A stretch of 63,894 nt of DNA, filler included, from Alloascoidea hylecoeti (Eukaryota), in NCBI GenBank assembly GCA_001600815.1. It is 8 parts of 5 records of this genome, joined end to end, with 100 filler letters (N's around TTAATTAATTAA, not from the genome) between each part and the next. Parts side by side here need not be neighbours in the genome. Positions count along the whole stretch, not along the records: positions 3,217 to 21,276 come from BCKZ01000002.1; positions 21,377 to 37,798 come from BCKZ01000002.1; 6 more parts are not named here. One strand, 5' to 3'. The translations under genes and the position numbers were made by a program. Positions 13,465-26,310 of the stretch are shown piece by piece. Within the stretch, counting starts at the first letter, position 1. Every line of letters starts with the position of its first letter. The notes under the pieces are model-generated. The model made no database searches, had not been told where the DNA came from, and was given only the letters and a program-made list of their open reading frames with translations.

Positions 13465-14136
13465 GTACAGTACACGAAATATATCAATCTGAGATGACCA
13501 AATTTTGCATTCAAATTCGTATTTTTACTTGGGAACTTATAGTCATACATTCTGTTCCACCATTGTTTGGTATTACGTAATACGTATCTAGTCATGAAAT
13601 ACGGCTGGATATTCATTTTTAACGATTGCAAGGGCGTTATATTTAGATGAGTACCACCATATAGCTAAAGAGACATAAGACTGTGCACAAATCGTAACGG
13701 CTTAAGATAGGTTCTAGAGAGTGCATAGTCATGTATGCTCATATATATATATATATACAAGAAAGAATCCGAGCTTCACCCCGTACACTGTCAGATTGTG
13801 GAAGTAGAAAATATTAATAATAGTTTCCAATTGCTTAATGTTCGATTCTTATATACTTAGGCTTGCGATAGCAATTCAATTGAGTGATACCCGGTATATA
13901 ACGTTAAAAAGATAATCATCTATGTCTCCTAATCAAGTATTAATATTAGGTGTTATTGAGGAATATGTTCTCTTACAGTTGTAACGCCACAATATGCCTT
14001 ATAAGTATATTGTTTGACTGTCGGTTTATTTTCATTAAAAATCGGCCTAAAATATAAAAAGATGATTAGATTGTATACGCATATTTATCACTAAGTTCAG
14101 TTATTTTATAAGAGAAAGAAAATCATATTAACAATT

Positions 14137-15409
14137 TTAACCAAATAAATCATGAGCCCTTTTCTTTCTAGTTTTCTTATCTGATATATCATTATGACGA
14201 CCAATTAAATTTGCCAATCTTTCGGCATCGGGATTAACATATCTTATTTTATCTCCAGATCCAAGTCTGCTACTTAATGAGTTTGGTGACCGAGATCTGT
14301 TCCTATTATTTCCCTTCTGTCTCTCGCTATTGTTCTCCTTACTATTATTATATCTGTTTCGGCTTCTATTGCGTGGAGGTGATCTTGTTCTCTCACTTAG
14401 AGGACCTGGTTTAAACCTATCTTGTAAGTTAGGAAATAAATCATCATCTTTAAAACGATCATTTTTCCATTTTTGATTAATTACAAGGGCCTTCCGTTTT
14501 TCGGAAGCTTTATATTCACCTCTCGTTATTTGATTTTTCGTTTCCGCAAGTTTCTGTGGAAATAAATCATCTTGATCATCTTGATCATCGTTATTGGTGT
14601 TTATTGAGGATGTATCAGTTGGTGCAATAGTTGGAAATAATTCATCACTTGTCGTATCTCCAAAAACACGTTTTGGACGTGATGGGTCTGGTCTATAAGT
14701 TTTTGAATCGCGATATCTATTCAAAAGATTCCATAATTAGTTGAGAAATGTCTTTAATTCATAATATTTGTTCATTTATTAAAACGTACGCAGACTTTGG
14801 TTCTCCGTGTAATAGATAATATCGACTTCTTGTACGAGCCCCTGTTGTTTTCCTATCCCCTTGAAATGCAATTCTTACGCTTAATAAAACCTGAGGATGT
14901 TCAGGATCATTTTTAGCTTGACGAATCACCGTTGTTTCCAATGCACCATCGTAAAATGCCCCCTGTGATGACAATTCTTTCAAAGCAACATCTGCTTCAT
15001 CATAGGAATCAAAAACAACAACAACTATGTATTTCATATTAATATATGAATGTTAAAAATGAAAACAGGTGAAATATATAAATATTTATATATACCTGAA
15101 TGATCATCAACCCATTCTAAAATAGGCCGAGATGATGGTAAATGTACCAATAGATATGATTTAATATCCTTTGTTGATAAATCGTCAACTCCATGCAAAT
15201 AAACAGCCTCTCTTCTTATTTCTGTACTCGTTGGAGCCTATTTTCATTATTAGCATACCATTCACACCAATCTGAAATATATTATAACATACTTCTTGAA
15301 CTTCTCCCATCTCAGCATCACCATCAGCATCCGCATCACTCTGCGCCAAAATTGGATTATGCTCCGGAGGAGGAGGATAAAAATCAGTGTCTTCAAGTTC
15401 AATCTCCAT
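14137..15409 (-). CDS. Nuclear cap-binding subunit 3 (NCBP3/DUF2414)-like; exons 15409-15293, 15237-15096, 15024-14790, 14716-14137
   Basis: Spliced frame gives AVYLHGVDDLSTKDIKSY...LEWVDDHSVVVVF...GARTRSRYYLLHG, DLFP repeats and terminal RAHDLFG. Confidence 0.8.
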
Positions 15410-16138
15410 ATTTTTCTAACGTTTGTTTAATTTTCTGGAGGTCTCAATTTACCAATAGGGTTGAATGGCGGCGTACTCACATGTACTGCAGAATAGACAG
15501 TCCGCAGTAAATATCAGATTGTAGAATAGAGATACAAAATCTCTTTCAATAATGTTGAGGGAAAAATATCAATACTAGGAGATAAAAGAAGATGATTGAT
15601 CTATATAATGGTTCTATTTTTTTTTTTACTTGCTAGTTGTTTTGTTAAACGCTACGTATCTACGTATTGATTAAAGACTGTTTATTTTCTCTTATACCGG
15701 TACAGAGTAGCCCGGGAGATCTAGAGGTAACAAAAATTTCGAGGGAAAATTCATTTTATATGAAGATTTCGTTGAAGAATTGAAAACTCCCGAAAACTAA
15801 TTTTAGAAAAAAAAAGGGCATACTGGCTTTCCACTCTTAGTTTGCCATACTGGAGGGACTGTTTCATCACATTAGTATGTGAATTTTCGACAAACTAGAA
15901 ATTAATATTAGATCCCTGAGTAAAAAGTATTTAGCTTTAATGTCGTCCCTGTACTAGTCATCTGGATGAATATACTTTCACCATTAAATAAAGTGAATAG
16001 TTCGTTTTACGGGTGATTAAGGGTTAATTATTTTTTTTATTTCGTCATAAAATTAGGCGCAGGTGGGACCTAAATTAATTCTTTATGTTATATGTATCTA
16101 TATACAATATATGTTTGTAGTTTTACGTTTTATGATTG

Positions 16139-16193
16139 AAGCTAAATTAGCTCTAGTTTGGTTTGGGGTTTAAGCTAAAGTAGCTCTAGTTTG
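16139..16193. repeat. 22-bp direct repeat AAGCTAAA(T/G)TAGCTCTAGTTTG x2
   Basis: Seen directly. Confidence 0.7.
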
Positions 16194-17290
16194 TTATATT
16201 TTAACCACATGGTGGGGTTAAATGTTCGTTCTCAGAGTGATACATATTTTGATACATTTCTTCAAACTATTTCGTAATTTAGACACTAAATTTGGGCATT
16301 TCGTTTAATGATTACGTAATTACCAGGTAGGCTTACAATTATTTTGTAATATCGCTCTTAAATAGTTCTTCAAATCACATAATTTAGGGTAATCTTTTAT
16401 TTACTCGCTCTTTAAAAAAATGGTTCGTCTGGTAGGATAAAATTCTTTCGTTACTTGAAAAACTATTAACTCGCCATCTCAAACGATATGACAGGTAGGT
16501 AGATTTATTGAAAGGTACAATCGCGTTTAGTGTTTTGGGTTTTTATTTTCAATTTTTGTATGTATGCAATGTTTCTATGCATATGCATATGCATATTCAT
16601 TACTCTTTACAGTAAGCTTGTATATATTAATATTGGATATTCTTTAAAGAATTTAAAACTAAATACCGTAGGCTAAATAGTCGTACTACTTAAAAACTAA
16701 TATATGCAAATCCAAATATGATAGTTACCTAATTATGGGCAAATTAAGGATTCTATGTTTGCACTGATATTATGTTGGAAGGAAAAGTTCGGTGTATATA
16801 TATTCGGCATAACGATAATTAAACGTTTGATGTTTCGGTGGAAAACTATTTCGGTATTGCGTCAATTTAAATTTGGTTACTTTGTAGTGATATGATTATT
16901 TTAGAATTTTGTTGCTTTGGAAAACAATAACTTGGCACTTTCTAACAGTCATTTTCAGCCCAGATGTTTGTGCGTGTTTCCACTTGACTTCAGCTAAATA
17001 CTATAAGTTTAAGAACTTTTAGACCTGTTGTATTATTTAATATAATACGGCTAATGGGACATCAGTTATATTTAAGTTGGTTATAGTTGGTTACTACTAG
17101 GCTTCCAGTATAGTAATAGCATAGGAAAGATGAGACTATTTAAACAGTACTAGTACTACTGAAGTACTTATCGCCTACCACCTTATAGCTGATCAACTAC
17201 AAAATTCGATATCAAAAGATTCAGAACTGAGATTTATTATTTGTGTTTGGTTATTATTTATAGTCTGTTATAATTAAAAGTAATTATAAC

Positions 17291-17734
17291 AGGCCCTACT
17301 GTAGATTCTGCTGTTCTGAAAATAACACAATGTGACCGAATATTTAGTGTGTAACTTGGCCGATTATTTAGATAAAACAGGGCCCAATATTTAACCATTT
17401 TTTGTTAAAATCTCATGTGAAATAATATCTTACCACTGTCAAAGTAATTATTTAGAAAGTTGTTTATTTTACGTAACTATAATTATAAGGTCAATCTTTT
17501 AACAAAGAGGGCCAAACCTTCTCTGTACTTGGTTTTCCATCCTTTATTTAGAAGAACACCTTTATATTCGCTTTCTAGTGAATAATTCCTATTAAACTTT
17601 GTTTCCATTATCTAATTGTTTGACGGAATAAATATGTTGTGAACCATTTTATGGCCATTTATACGTATAAGTTAATTCAAAAGATGGCCGAATATTTAGC
17701 CGATTAAGTAGCTCGTAGAAATACTGTAAGGCCT
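17291..17734. mobile_element. Possible degenerate MITE
   Basis: Ends AGGCCCTACTGTA / TACTGTAAGGCCT are imperfectly inverted; internal (GG/GA)CCGAATATTT motifs; the right-end 16-mer recurs at 25808-25823. Confidence 0.4.
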
Positions 17735-17986
17735 TATGGTCATAATCTACATAATAGTACATATACTAGTTTTATAATAACCAATTAAAATGATACATTA
17801 ACGTCCATTTTCAGAACTTTTTTTTTTCTGTAGGTATGTTATTGCTCGTTGAATGTAGTATAATACGTTGTCAAGGATTATATGTAAAATTTAAATTTTT
17901 TATTCATAATTTACCGCGAAGATATGTAGGACTAATTTACTATGTTGTTTTCTCCTCAAAAACAATCAAATGAAAATAAAACATAA

Positions 17987-19216
17987 CTATAAAGGAAGTC
18001 CTAATGCTTCTCTCTGACTTTTTGAATTAGGATCAAGGAAAGGAACTTCAGCCAAAGATGTTACTCTTGTTCCATGTCTAGCACCTTCTCCTTCATGATC
18101 CCATAGAGCACGATGTTGAGAAATTCTATTATCCCATAAAGCAGAAGTACCAAGACCTGGTTTTGTTGGTTGCCAATTGAATCTAACTTGATGTTCTAAA
18201 CTTCTTTCATAAATGTTATATAAGTAATTCAATACAATTCTTGATTCTTCTGGTTCTAGACCAACAATACTTTTTGTCATCGATCTATTGACAAACAATG
18301 ATTTCCAGCCAGTAGCAGGATGTGTTCTAACAATCAAATGTTCTCTTTCGATTCTCTTACGTCCTGAAAGTGGATCATTTCTATCAACATATTCATGAGC
18401 TGAAAAGAATACACCTTTTTTACCTTCTAAGAATTTTTGAAAAGCAGGAGAAAGTTTGTCGTAAGCAGCATACCCAGAAGACCATACAGTATCACCTCCA
18501 ACTTCAGGAATAGCATCGTTATGGAGATGTGTAATACCGGCTGGGTTTGTTTCATGAACTAAATCAGTGTGCCAGACAGCATTTGGACCAACTCCTTTAA
18601 AGGAGGCTTTAAGACCTTCTCTAATGTTGTTGTCACCCCAAATGACTGTTATACCATTTAAACCAGGAACAAAAGGGACTTGGGCATGATCTTCTACTTG
18701 GCCATAATATTGACCAATTGCCAATTGTTTTTGTGGCGATAAATCCTGATCACGGAAAAACACAACAACACGCTCTGCAATCAATAAAGCAAGTTCATCT
18801 AACTGTTGATGGGTTAAATCAGCTAATTGAAGACCGACAATTTCTGTGCCAACATGTTTTGTAAGATTTTTAACTTCCTTAGCAGCACTTAATAGAGCTT
18901 TTTTTTCTGGATCAGCATTCTTTCCTCTTTCAATGTACTCGACAGGATCATTGCGAATAGCTTTTGCTTCATCAAGGTAAACAGGAATGTCTTTCTTTCT
19001 AAGAGGATAACCTTCTGAAAGATTAACGTTATATTTTTCCAATCTTGCACGGGAAGTAGGAGGTAAGTGATCAATCCAAGAAGCACCCGAACCAAGTTTA
19101 GAGTTATCTGGAACGATAACAATGCCAGATTTAGTTTTGGTAATTATCTGTTCAACACTACCACTAGCACCAAGTTTGCCACTAGTAACAGGTTTGGAAG
19201 TAGCTATAGGGGCCAT
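17987..19216 (-). CDS. JLP1: Fe(II)/2-oxoglutarate sulfonate dioxygenase (TauD family)
   Basis: WHTD motif, GGDTVW, HLIVRTHPATGWKSLFVN, WDNRISQH. Confidence 0.88.
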   Translation of the reverse strand: MAPIATSKPVTSGKLGASGSVEQIITKTKSGIVIVPDNSKLGSGASWIDHLPPTSRARLEKYNVNLSEGYPLRKKDIPVYLDEAKAIRNDPVEYIERGKNADPEKKALLSAAKEVKNLTKHVGTEIVGLQLADLTHQQLDELALLIAERVVVFFRDQDLSPQKQLAIGQYYGQVEDHAQVPFVPGLNGITVIWGDNNIREGLKASFKGVGPNAVWHTDLVHETNPAGITHLHNDAIPEVGGDTVWSSGYAAYDKLSPAFQKFLEGKKGVFFSAHEYVDRNDPLSGRKRIEREHLIVRTHPATGWKSLFVNRSMTKSIVGLEPEESRIVLNYLYNIYERSLEHQVRFNWQPTKPGLGTSALWDNRISQHRALWDHEGEGARHGTRVTSLAEVPFLDPNSKSQREALGLPL

Positions 19217-21376
19217 TTTAGAAATTTAAAAGATGTTTAAAAGCTTAAAGGTATGTATGAAGTGTAAAAAAATACAAAAGGGCTAATTGAAGCCAATTTA
19301 TAGGCTAAATATATATATACAGCTAACTGTTTTTCAACACAGTTATCTATAATATTATTAATGAATGAGACCACAATTGGAAACTCCGAACGGTTTTACC
19401 CGTTTTTTGTGTGAAGGTTAATGTTGATAACAGGCTTAAGCACTAATAAGCAGGTTATGATGAAAGATGAGGAAATTTCATCAACGATGGCGCAATTGAT
19501 ACACATCAAAAATATTGGTATTAGGAATTTGGGGAGCGTCTTAACTCCAGCTTTCTCCGTGCTTATTAATTATGAAAATCACTCAGTATGACATATTCTT
19601 TTTGGTAATTTTGAATTAATCAGTTTTACCAGTTATTTAATAAGTTTGTGGGTTTTCAGAAAAATATTAATTATGCATGTTTCTTAAAACTTTATTTGTC
19701 GACTTCCAGTTAAACTGGATTTAGTTAATGCTGAGACAGAATTTCGCCATATGACTGAAAACTTATTTCGCTAATTTGTGAAGGAATTGTTTTGTTGGTT
19801 TCTGGAAAACAACTTTGCATGTTTCAGATAAAATAGTTTGTTAGTGTTACGAAGAAATATCTTGCCTACCTCAGGAAATGTAATTTGTAAGAATGTATTC
19901 TGATGGTTTCACTGAATATAGTTGGTGGATCTTATAAAGAAGAGGTTTGTAAGTTTTCAGAAACTTCCGGCTTCATGAATTATAATTGGTATTCTACAAA
20001 TATGTATTTTCCTAGTTTCAAATATTGCAACAGTAAATAAAAATCTTCTGACTAATACATACTCAGTACTACTCACACCAGGGCGCCTCTTCGGGGGAAT
20101 AACTCTTAATATTGAGTTTATCAATTTCCTTATTGTCTCGATATTAATCATACATACATGTATAAGCTTTAGAGTAAATCGAGATCTAATGTGATCATGA
20201 GATGTAAACGTTTAATGAAGAAACACTTCAAACAGAGCCAAATAGGGTAATAGTATATGTATAAAAATACAGGTGCCGGAATATTTATATGTAGAACCCA
20301 TCAATTACTACTCTTGAAACAGACAAAATAAAGTGTCTAAATATAAAAGCTAATAGAGCTCTTGAAAATCCCACAAACCAACCATATTTTGTGGAAACAC
20401 CAGAATTTTAGTTTCGATAGCAAAGTTAGAATATTTATGCGGGGAAAAGTTGAGATCTCAGCCCTTTATTTATAACTATGCTCTATTTGTATATGATTAT
20501 TATGATGTCATTTATGAATGGAACATCAATAATAATCCAATTATTATCACAACCAGTATAATTAAACTTTAGTTTATATTTCTGCACCTGTCTCAAAATA
20601 CTAATTGTAGCTAATTACATACATCTATTCGATTCTATTTCAAACTTAACATTGTACGCCCCCCATATGTTATACTGACTCTCAAAAATAAACTTGATAA
20701 AATTACTAGTGACTAACTACTAATAATTCATCAATATAACTCCTTGTAATTGGTACAAAAATTAGATATGTATGAACAATTATGGTAAAGTTTAAGATGG
20801 TATTATTAGATGTTGTTAAGCCTCGAAATTTCGATATTCTTGAATACTTTCTTTTTCTAACACGCGCTATATTTTTCCGATACTTACACAGTAGTCCCGT
20901 AGCATTTTTAGATCTATAATCTCATAATTATATATGATTTTAACAACCGCCATAGCTAGCTATTTATCAAGGAGTAATCTAGTAAGATATAGCACTATAT
21001 ATAGATTTTTCTATGTAGACCTATAGGTTATGGATAATATTTCCTCATATAACAATCTAAATGTAGTACACACACCGTTGGAAAAATCTGAAAAGTTTAC
21101 CATAGTTAAGAACACCAATTTACTCAGAAACAGTGAAATATGCAAAATTCTCAATTTAACAAGGATGTTTTGATTAAAATGCAAGGATATTTTAATGAAA
21201 CTGTGATTATCTGCAAGAGCTTTCCAAATGGAGCCAATAAATCACTTTCAGATGCAGTGGTAAGGTAAATTAGTGCNNNNNNNNNNNNNNNNNNNNNNNN
21301 NNNNNNNNNNNNNNNNNNNNTTAATTAATTAANNNNNNNNNNNNNNNNNNNNNNNNNNNNNNNNNNNNNNNNNNNN

Positions 21377-21624
21377 TAATTCACAATTTGTTCTCTTCCT
21401 CCAAGTGAGATTTTCATAGAATCGACAGAAATTTCTGGATCACAGAAGTTTGCACTATTATCGCAATGAGCGACAACGAAAGATGGAGATGCACATGTAC
21501 CTGAAGAGGCTGCAGGAGTGCTTGGTCCTAATGTAGTAATTGTTGGTAATAAACTTGAACTATCTGCAATAGTGATGAATGGGAGTAATAACACCAAAAA
21601 TAGGCTTTGCAATTGGATCATCAT
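21377..21624 (-). CDS. Secreted/cell-surface protein N-terminus, cut by gap
   Basis: Hydrophobic signal peptide followed by S/T-rich and Cys-containing segment. Confidence 0.55.
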
Positions 21625-23469
21625 TCTAAAACCTGGGAAATGATAAAAAATTGAAAATCTGATTCTTTATTGAAAATTAAATATAGGATACTACTACTAA
21701 TATTTATATTTATATACCATTCGATCAATTGTAATATAGCGCTTTTCATGAAGTTAAAATTATATTGATTTTAATTTAGTTTAGCTTTTTTAAGCTTCTT
21801 AATCATAACTGAAATAGTTTATAATTGGTAATTTATCATATTTAATTTAATAAATTACACAAAAATAGGGTTCCTATAATCGAAATTACGTTTCAAGGAA
21901 AAATCAACCAGCAGTGTTGCTAACAAATTCATACTTATACATCTCATATATAGATACACCTATAATTCAATTTAGAGGACTCCTTAACATAGTAATCAGT
22001 TTATTTTTATTCTGTAACCAGAGTAGCGAGATATGGTTATTTCCGAAGGCTTGCACCAATTGCTGAAGGTTGACTTAATTAGATGTAGTACTAAAGATGT
22101 TGCAGGCTGTTATCCCACAACAACACATGTGATAGGGATAAATATGTATAATTACCAATACCCTAAATCTCGCTACATTGAGACTGAACGCTATCTTAAA
22201 TTTATGCATATGTAAGGTGTATACGTATTTGCATAATCGCTATCGTTAAATGGTCTCTAGATCTGGTTTTATTAACATTACTGATGGGTGCCGTATGGTG
22301 TGTAGTACTGTGTATTAATTAGTCCATAGAAATGATGGGATTACTTGGCTAAGGAGTTATTGAAATTTGAAAAAAGAAGACAGATTCGATCTCGCGTGCG
22401 AAGTTTGTATATAAGGTTATCTTTATCTTCTCTCAAGCCTGTTATACTGCAGAAATATAACAAGCAGAAATAAAATAATGATATCATTATAAATTATATA
22501 TATATAATTAGAATTTAGAAATATATATATACAAAAATATAATCGTTTTTTTCTGTGCCTTAATATCTGCGAGAATTATATATATAAAGTTTCATTATAT
22601 ATATGAACGGTTACAAAGTTAAAGTTACTACAACTCAAGAGATAATCCATAGATCAGTGTACATACCGTTTTCCTCTCTATCTTAATTTCCTAAAACCCA
22701 GAGGATTAGAGAGTTCAGTTCATACTTGAGTGCTACTCACATAGCATTTTGCTAATTAAATTATTGCTAAATGGACATCTGAAAACCTCGTTATAAATAT
22801 ATGATTAATTTTCAACGCAATACAAGTTGCAATTGAGTATCTTTTTGGAGCTCAAGTGCTAAATCTAGTTATGTTGTATATGGAAGTACAAATTGTTATT
22901 CCGAGTTGAAAGTTATTTAGTGTAATTAAATTTAAAAAGGGTTAGAACTAAGAGAAACTAACCTTGATAGAAACTTAAAGCAAATGGATCTCTTTTTTTG
23001 GCGCATTATTACATATGATATCAACCTTCGCAAATCTCAATGCTCAAATGATGGCATTATTTTAAGAAGCCATTTTAGTTAGAAATGCTGTATATATATC
23101 AGTATAAACTGGGGCTAAATACATGTTTATGGAACATTAGAATTGACCTACCTAGAAAAATTAAGGTTGGTATTTTTGAAAGATTTATATGCATATGCAC
23201 GAAATCCGGTAAATATTGCTCTAAGCATGGAATTATAATAATATACAGATAATCACTTAGGATATATACAGTTACAATGGGCTTATATTATAACAAAAAT
23301 TTCCTTTACCTTTCGCCTCCGATTGGTTTGGTGGAAACTAATTAGGTGAACGGCAAAGCTTATAGTTCTACAAAATAAGCCAATTGGAAGTCCATGCATA
23401 TGTGCTGATATATACGCAGGAACTAGCGGATCATATCACTTAAGTTCCTGACTTTTCATTTACTGCGCT

Positions 23470-24460
23470 ATGTGTATTTTATTATCTACAAACTCTCATC
23501 CGGAATAGTATGTCCGATTATTATGTTACAGCTATAACTAAGTATGACTAATCTGTTTAAATATTTAGTCCTCTCATAATTCTTAACAACAGAGACGAAT
23601 TCTTTTCTCGACCTACTGCCCAAGCTGAATATATTACAACCGAAGTTCTTGCCCCGTATGATTTAGCAAGAGAAGATCATGGAACATGGATTGGTGTTAG
23701 TACTTCAGGGAAATTTGCTTCATTACTTAACTTTAGAGAACCAGCACCTGTGCATTCAATAAGTAAAATATCCCGTGGTCAATTAGCAAAACATTACCTT
23801 ATTAATAACGAAATAAATGTGGAGAATTGGGAGAATTGGCTAAAAATGCATTATTCAGTTTCTGATTTTCAAAATCTTTCAGGCTTTTCCTTTTTATATG
23901 GGAATTTAAAAGAAATTTTTAATGACAGCAGTAAAGGGATTCATATATTTTCAAACCGTGGTGATTCCCATACAATGCTTAATAAACAAAATGAATATTT
24001 TGGAATTTCAAACTCTTTAGTTGATGATCCTTGGCCAAAAGTTATAAATGGTAAACGAATATTAAAGGAAACAATTGAGAAGTCAACCTTACAAAAATGG
24101 GATGAAAATACATTAATTTTAAATCTATTTGATATTTTATCAAATAATACACTTCCTAACTATTCAAATTTATCTGAATACTTTACGGCTTTACGCCATT
24201 CTGTATTCATTCCAAGTGTTGAAACACCATACGCACGGACTACTCCAGTATCTGGCAATTATGATAACAATATAAACATAAAGAACATGGTCGGAAAATA
24301 TTATGGAACTCGAACTCAAACAATTATTTTAGTCGATAAAAAAGGGTTTGTCACATATATTGAAAAATCTTTACATGAAAATGATTCTTTGGAACAGAAA
24401 CAACCCATAATAAATAGATTCAAATATAATATTAACGTGAATGAGGATAATGCAAAATAG
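23470..24460 (+). CDS. NRDE/TANGO2 family protein (YGR127W-like); exons 23470-23507, 23569-24460
   Basis: Spliced start MCILLSTNSHPEYPLIILNNRDEFFSRPT; GTWIG, SRGQL, SNS..PWPKV, YGTRTQT motifs. Confidence 0.9.
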
Positions 24461-24644
24461 ACTATATATATATATATTTACAATTTACATACTGTTTTAG
24501 AAAATAAATATTTTGTAATAAAATATTATAATTAATTCTAGATCTCTTATCTATGGCTGCGGTCGGGTAATTTATTCTGGTATAAATATTTTGTCTCCTA
24601 AATCATTTCGGTTATACAATTTTTTCAAATCAAATCTTACAAAG

Positions 24645-25049
24645 ATGACTAAAAGATCGAATATAACACATTATTCTACTCCTGTCTTAGCTGCTTCGGC
24701 TATTATTGGTATTGTTTATTTAATAAAAAATTGTCCTACCGTATCTCGATATTTTCCATTTATTGGTAAAAAACCAGATAATGAACTTGGACATGATGAT
24801 TTAGTCGATGAGGATGAGTTATCTAAGAGTGATACATGGGGTATCGAGGATTTAAAATCATGGTTGGAAAAGGTATGCTAATGTTTAATTCCTTAAAATG
24901 AGATGATGTGATAGTTAATGATGATGATGAAATCTTGAGATAAGACTAACGTTTCCTTTTTACATTTTATTTAGAATGATATATCCCCACCTTCTACTGC
25001 TACGAAAGAAGAACTTTCTGAGTTGATTAATTCTTTGAAGAAAAATTAA
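24645..25049 (+). CDS. Small membrane-anchored protein with Ish1-like motif; exons 24645-24872, 24975-25049
   Basis: N-terminal hydrophobic stretch; spliced TWGIEDLKSWLEK|NDISPPSTATKEEL; intron GTATGC..GACTAAC..TAG. Confidence 0.7.
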
Positions 25050-26310
25050 AGGAAACGGAGATTTGATTATATGAAATTACAAACGATCATTGTTCAGTTA
25101 TAGGTCAGCATTTAATAAGGACAATTAATCTAAACTGCAATTGAATATGATAATTCATCACAAACTGATCATTAATTTTAAACTCAAAAGGCCAGCATAT
25201 ATATTGATATATTTTTAATAAACAAATGCTAAAAAAATAGGAAAAAAAAGAAGTACCAGGGTTACAGGCGTTATGTGTCAAATAATGTAAAGCTTAAGCT
25301 TATAATTATCATCTAAGAATATATTGGACTGTGCTGTAAATTACACCTTCGTTAATAGGAATGATCCAGAGATTTCTATTGAGCACCCTTATTGTTTCTG
25401 GGTATTTCTCAGTCGCGCTAAATATAATACAACTCTAAATGAGACATACCCCAGAGAATCAGAATAATCTATAATTAGTAGCGCTATTTATCATAGTACT
25501 GTAACTTATATCAAGCAAAAATTATAAGCACTAAACAAAAGATTGAACCAGTTTTGAAAACTCTTTTTAAGATAGTATTAGTATTATTAACTGGCGTTAC
25601 CTAAATAATACAATCGATATATATCGCGATAGTGATATATAAATAGCGGTCTCTCTAGGAATTTATCACCGATATCGACTATTAACGTATAACGAGGATC
25701 ATAAAACCAATTACAAAATGATATTATATTCAATGCACTAATTATAGACCAAAAAAACAAAATAAATGGTCTGTTATCAGAAAAAATAGTTAAACCGAAA
25801 TATAACTTACTGTAAGGCCTTATAAGTTTTCAGACAATGTAACTGATAATTTTTGAAGAATAAACAAGGGGTGCATAAGAACAGAAAACAAATGGACCAA
25901 AATTACAATATAAATGATACTAACAACTGTAAAATCTTGGTCCAATGTTTTCTGGATTATTACCATCCATTATTAGTCGAAGAACAAAAATAAAGGAAAA
26001 GCCGTCAGATCTAGAACTATGCTTAATTATAAGTTCATTATCATAACTCATATAAAGTTGTGTATATTCAACGATGTAAATAAAAGTAAAGTATGAACTG
26101 ATGATGCATTATGAAGTGAACTCCGGAAACTTTTTCGTACTTTTAAAATACAGTTTAGATAAGATCATTTCTAATCGATAATCGATAATCGATGGCGGAA
26201 TAATCAACAGATATGACTATAGATATGCGTATACATATATTATCTAACTTGACATATTCATCTTGTATATATACACAGTTTGGATGAAATCTATAAAATA
26301 TGATCACAAG

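Noticed and set aside
13186..13631. Short minus-strand ORFs
   Set aside because: Overlap the repetitive MITE; no protein motifs.
15410..15480. Possible 5' UTR intron of the NCBP3-like gene (GTGAGT...TAG)
   Set aside because: No convincing branch point and no coding constraint to test it.
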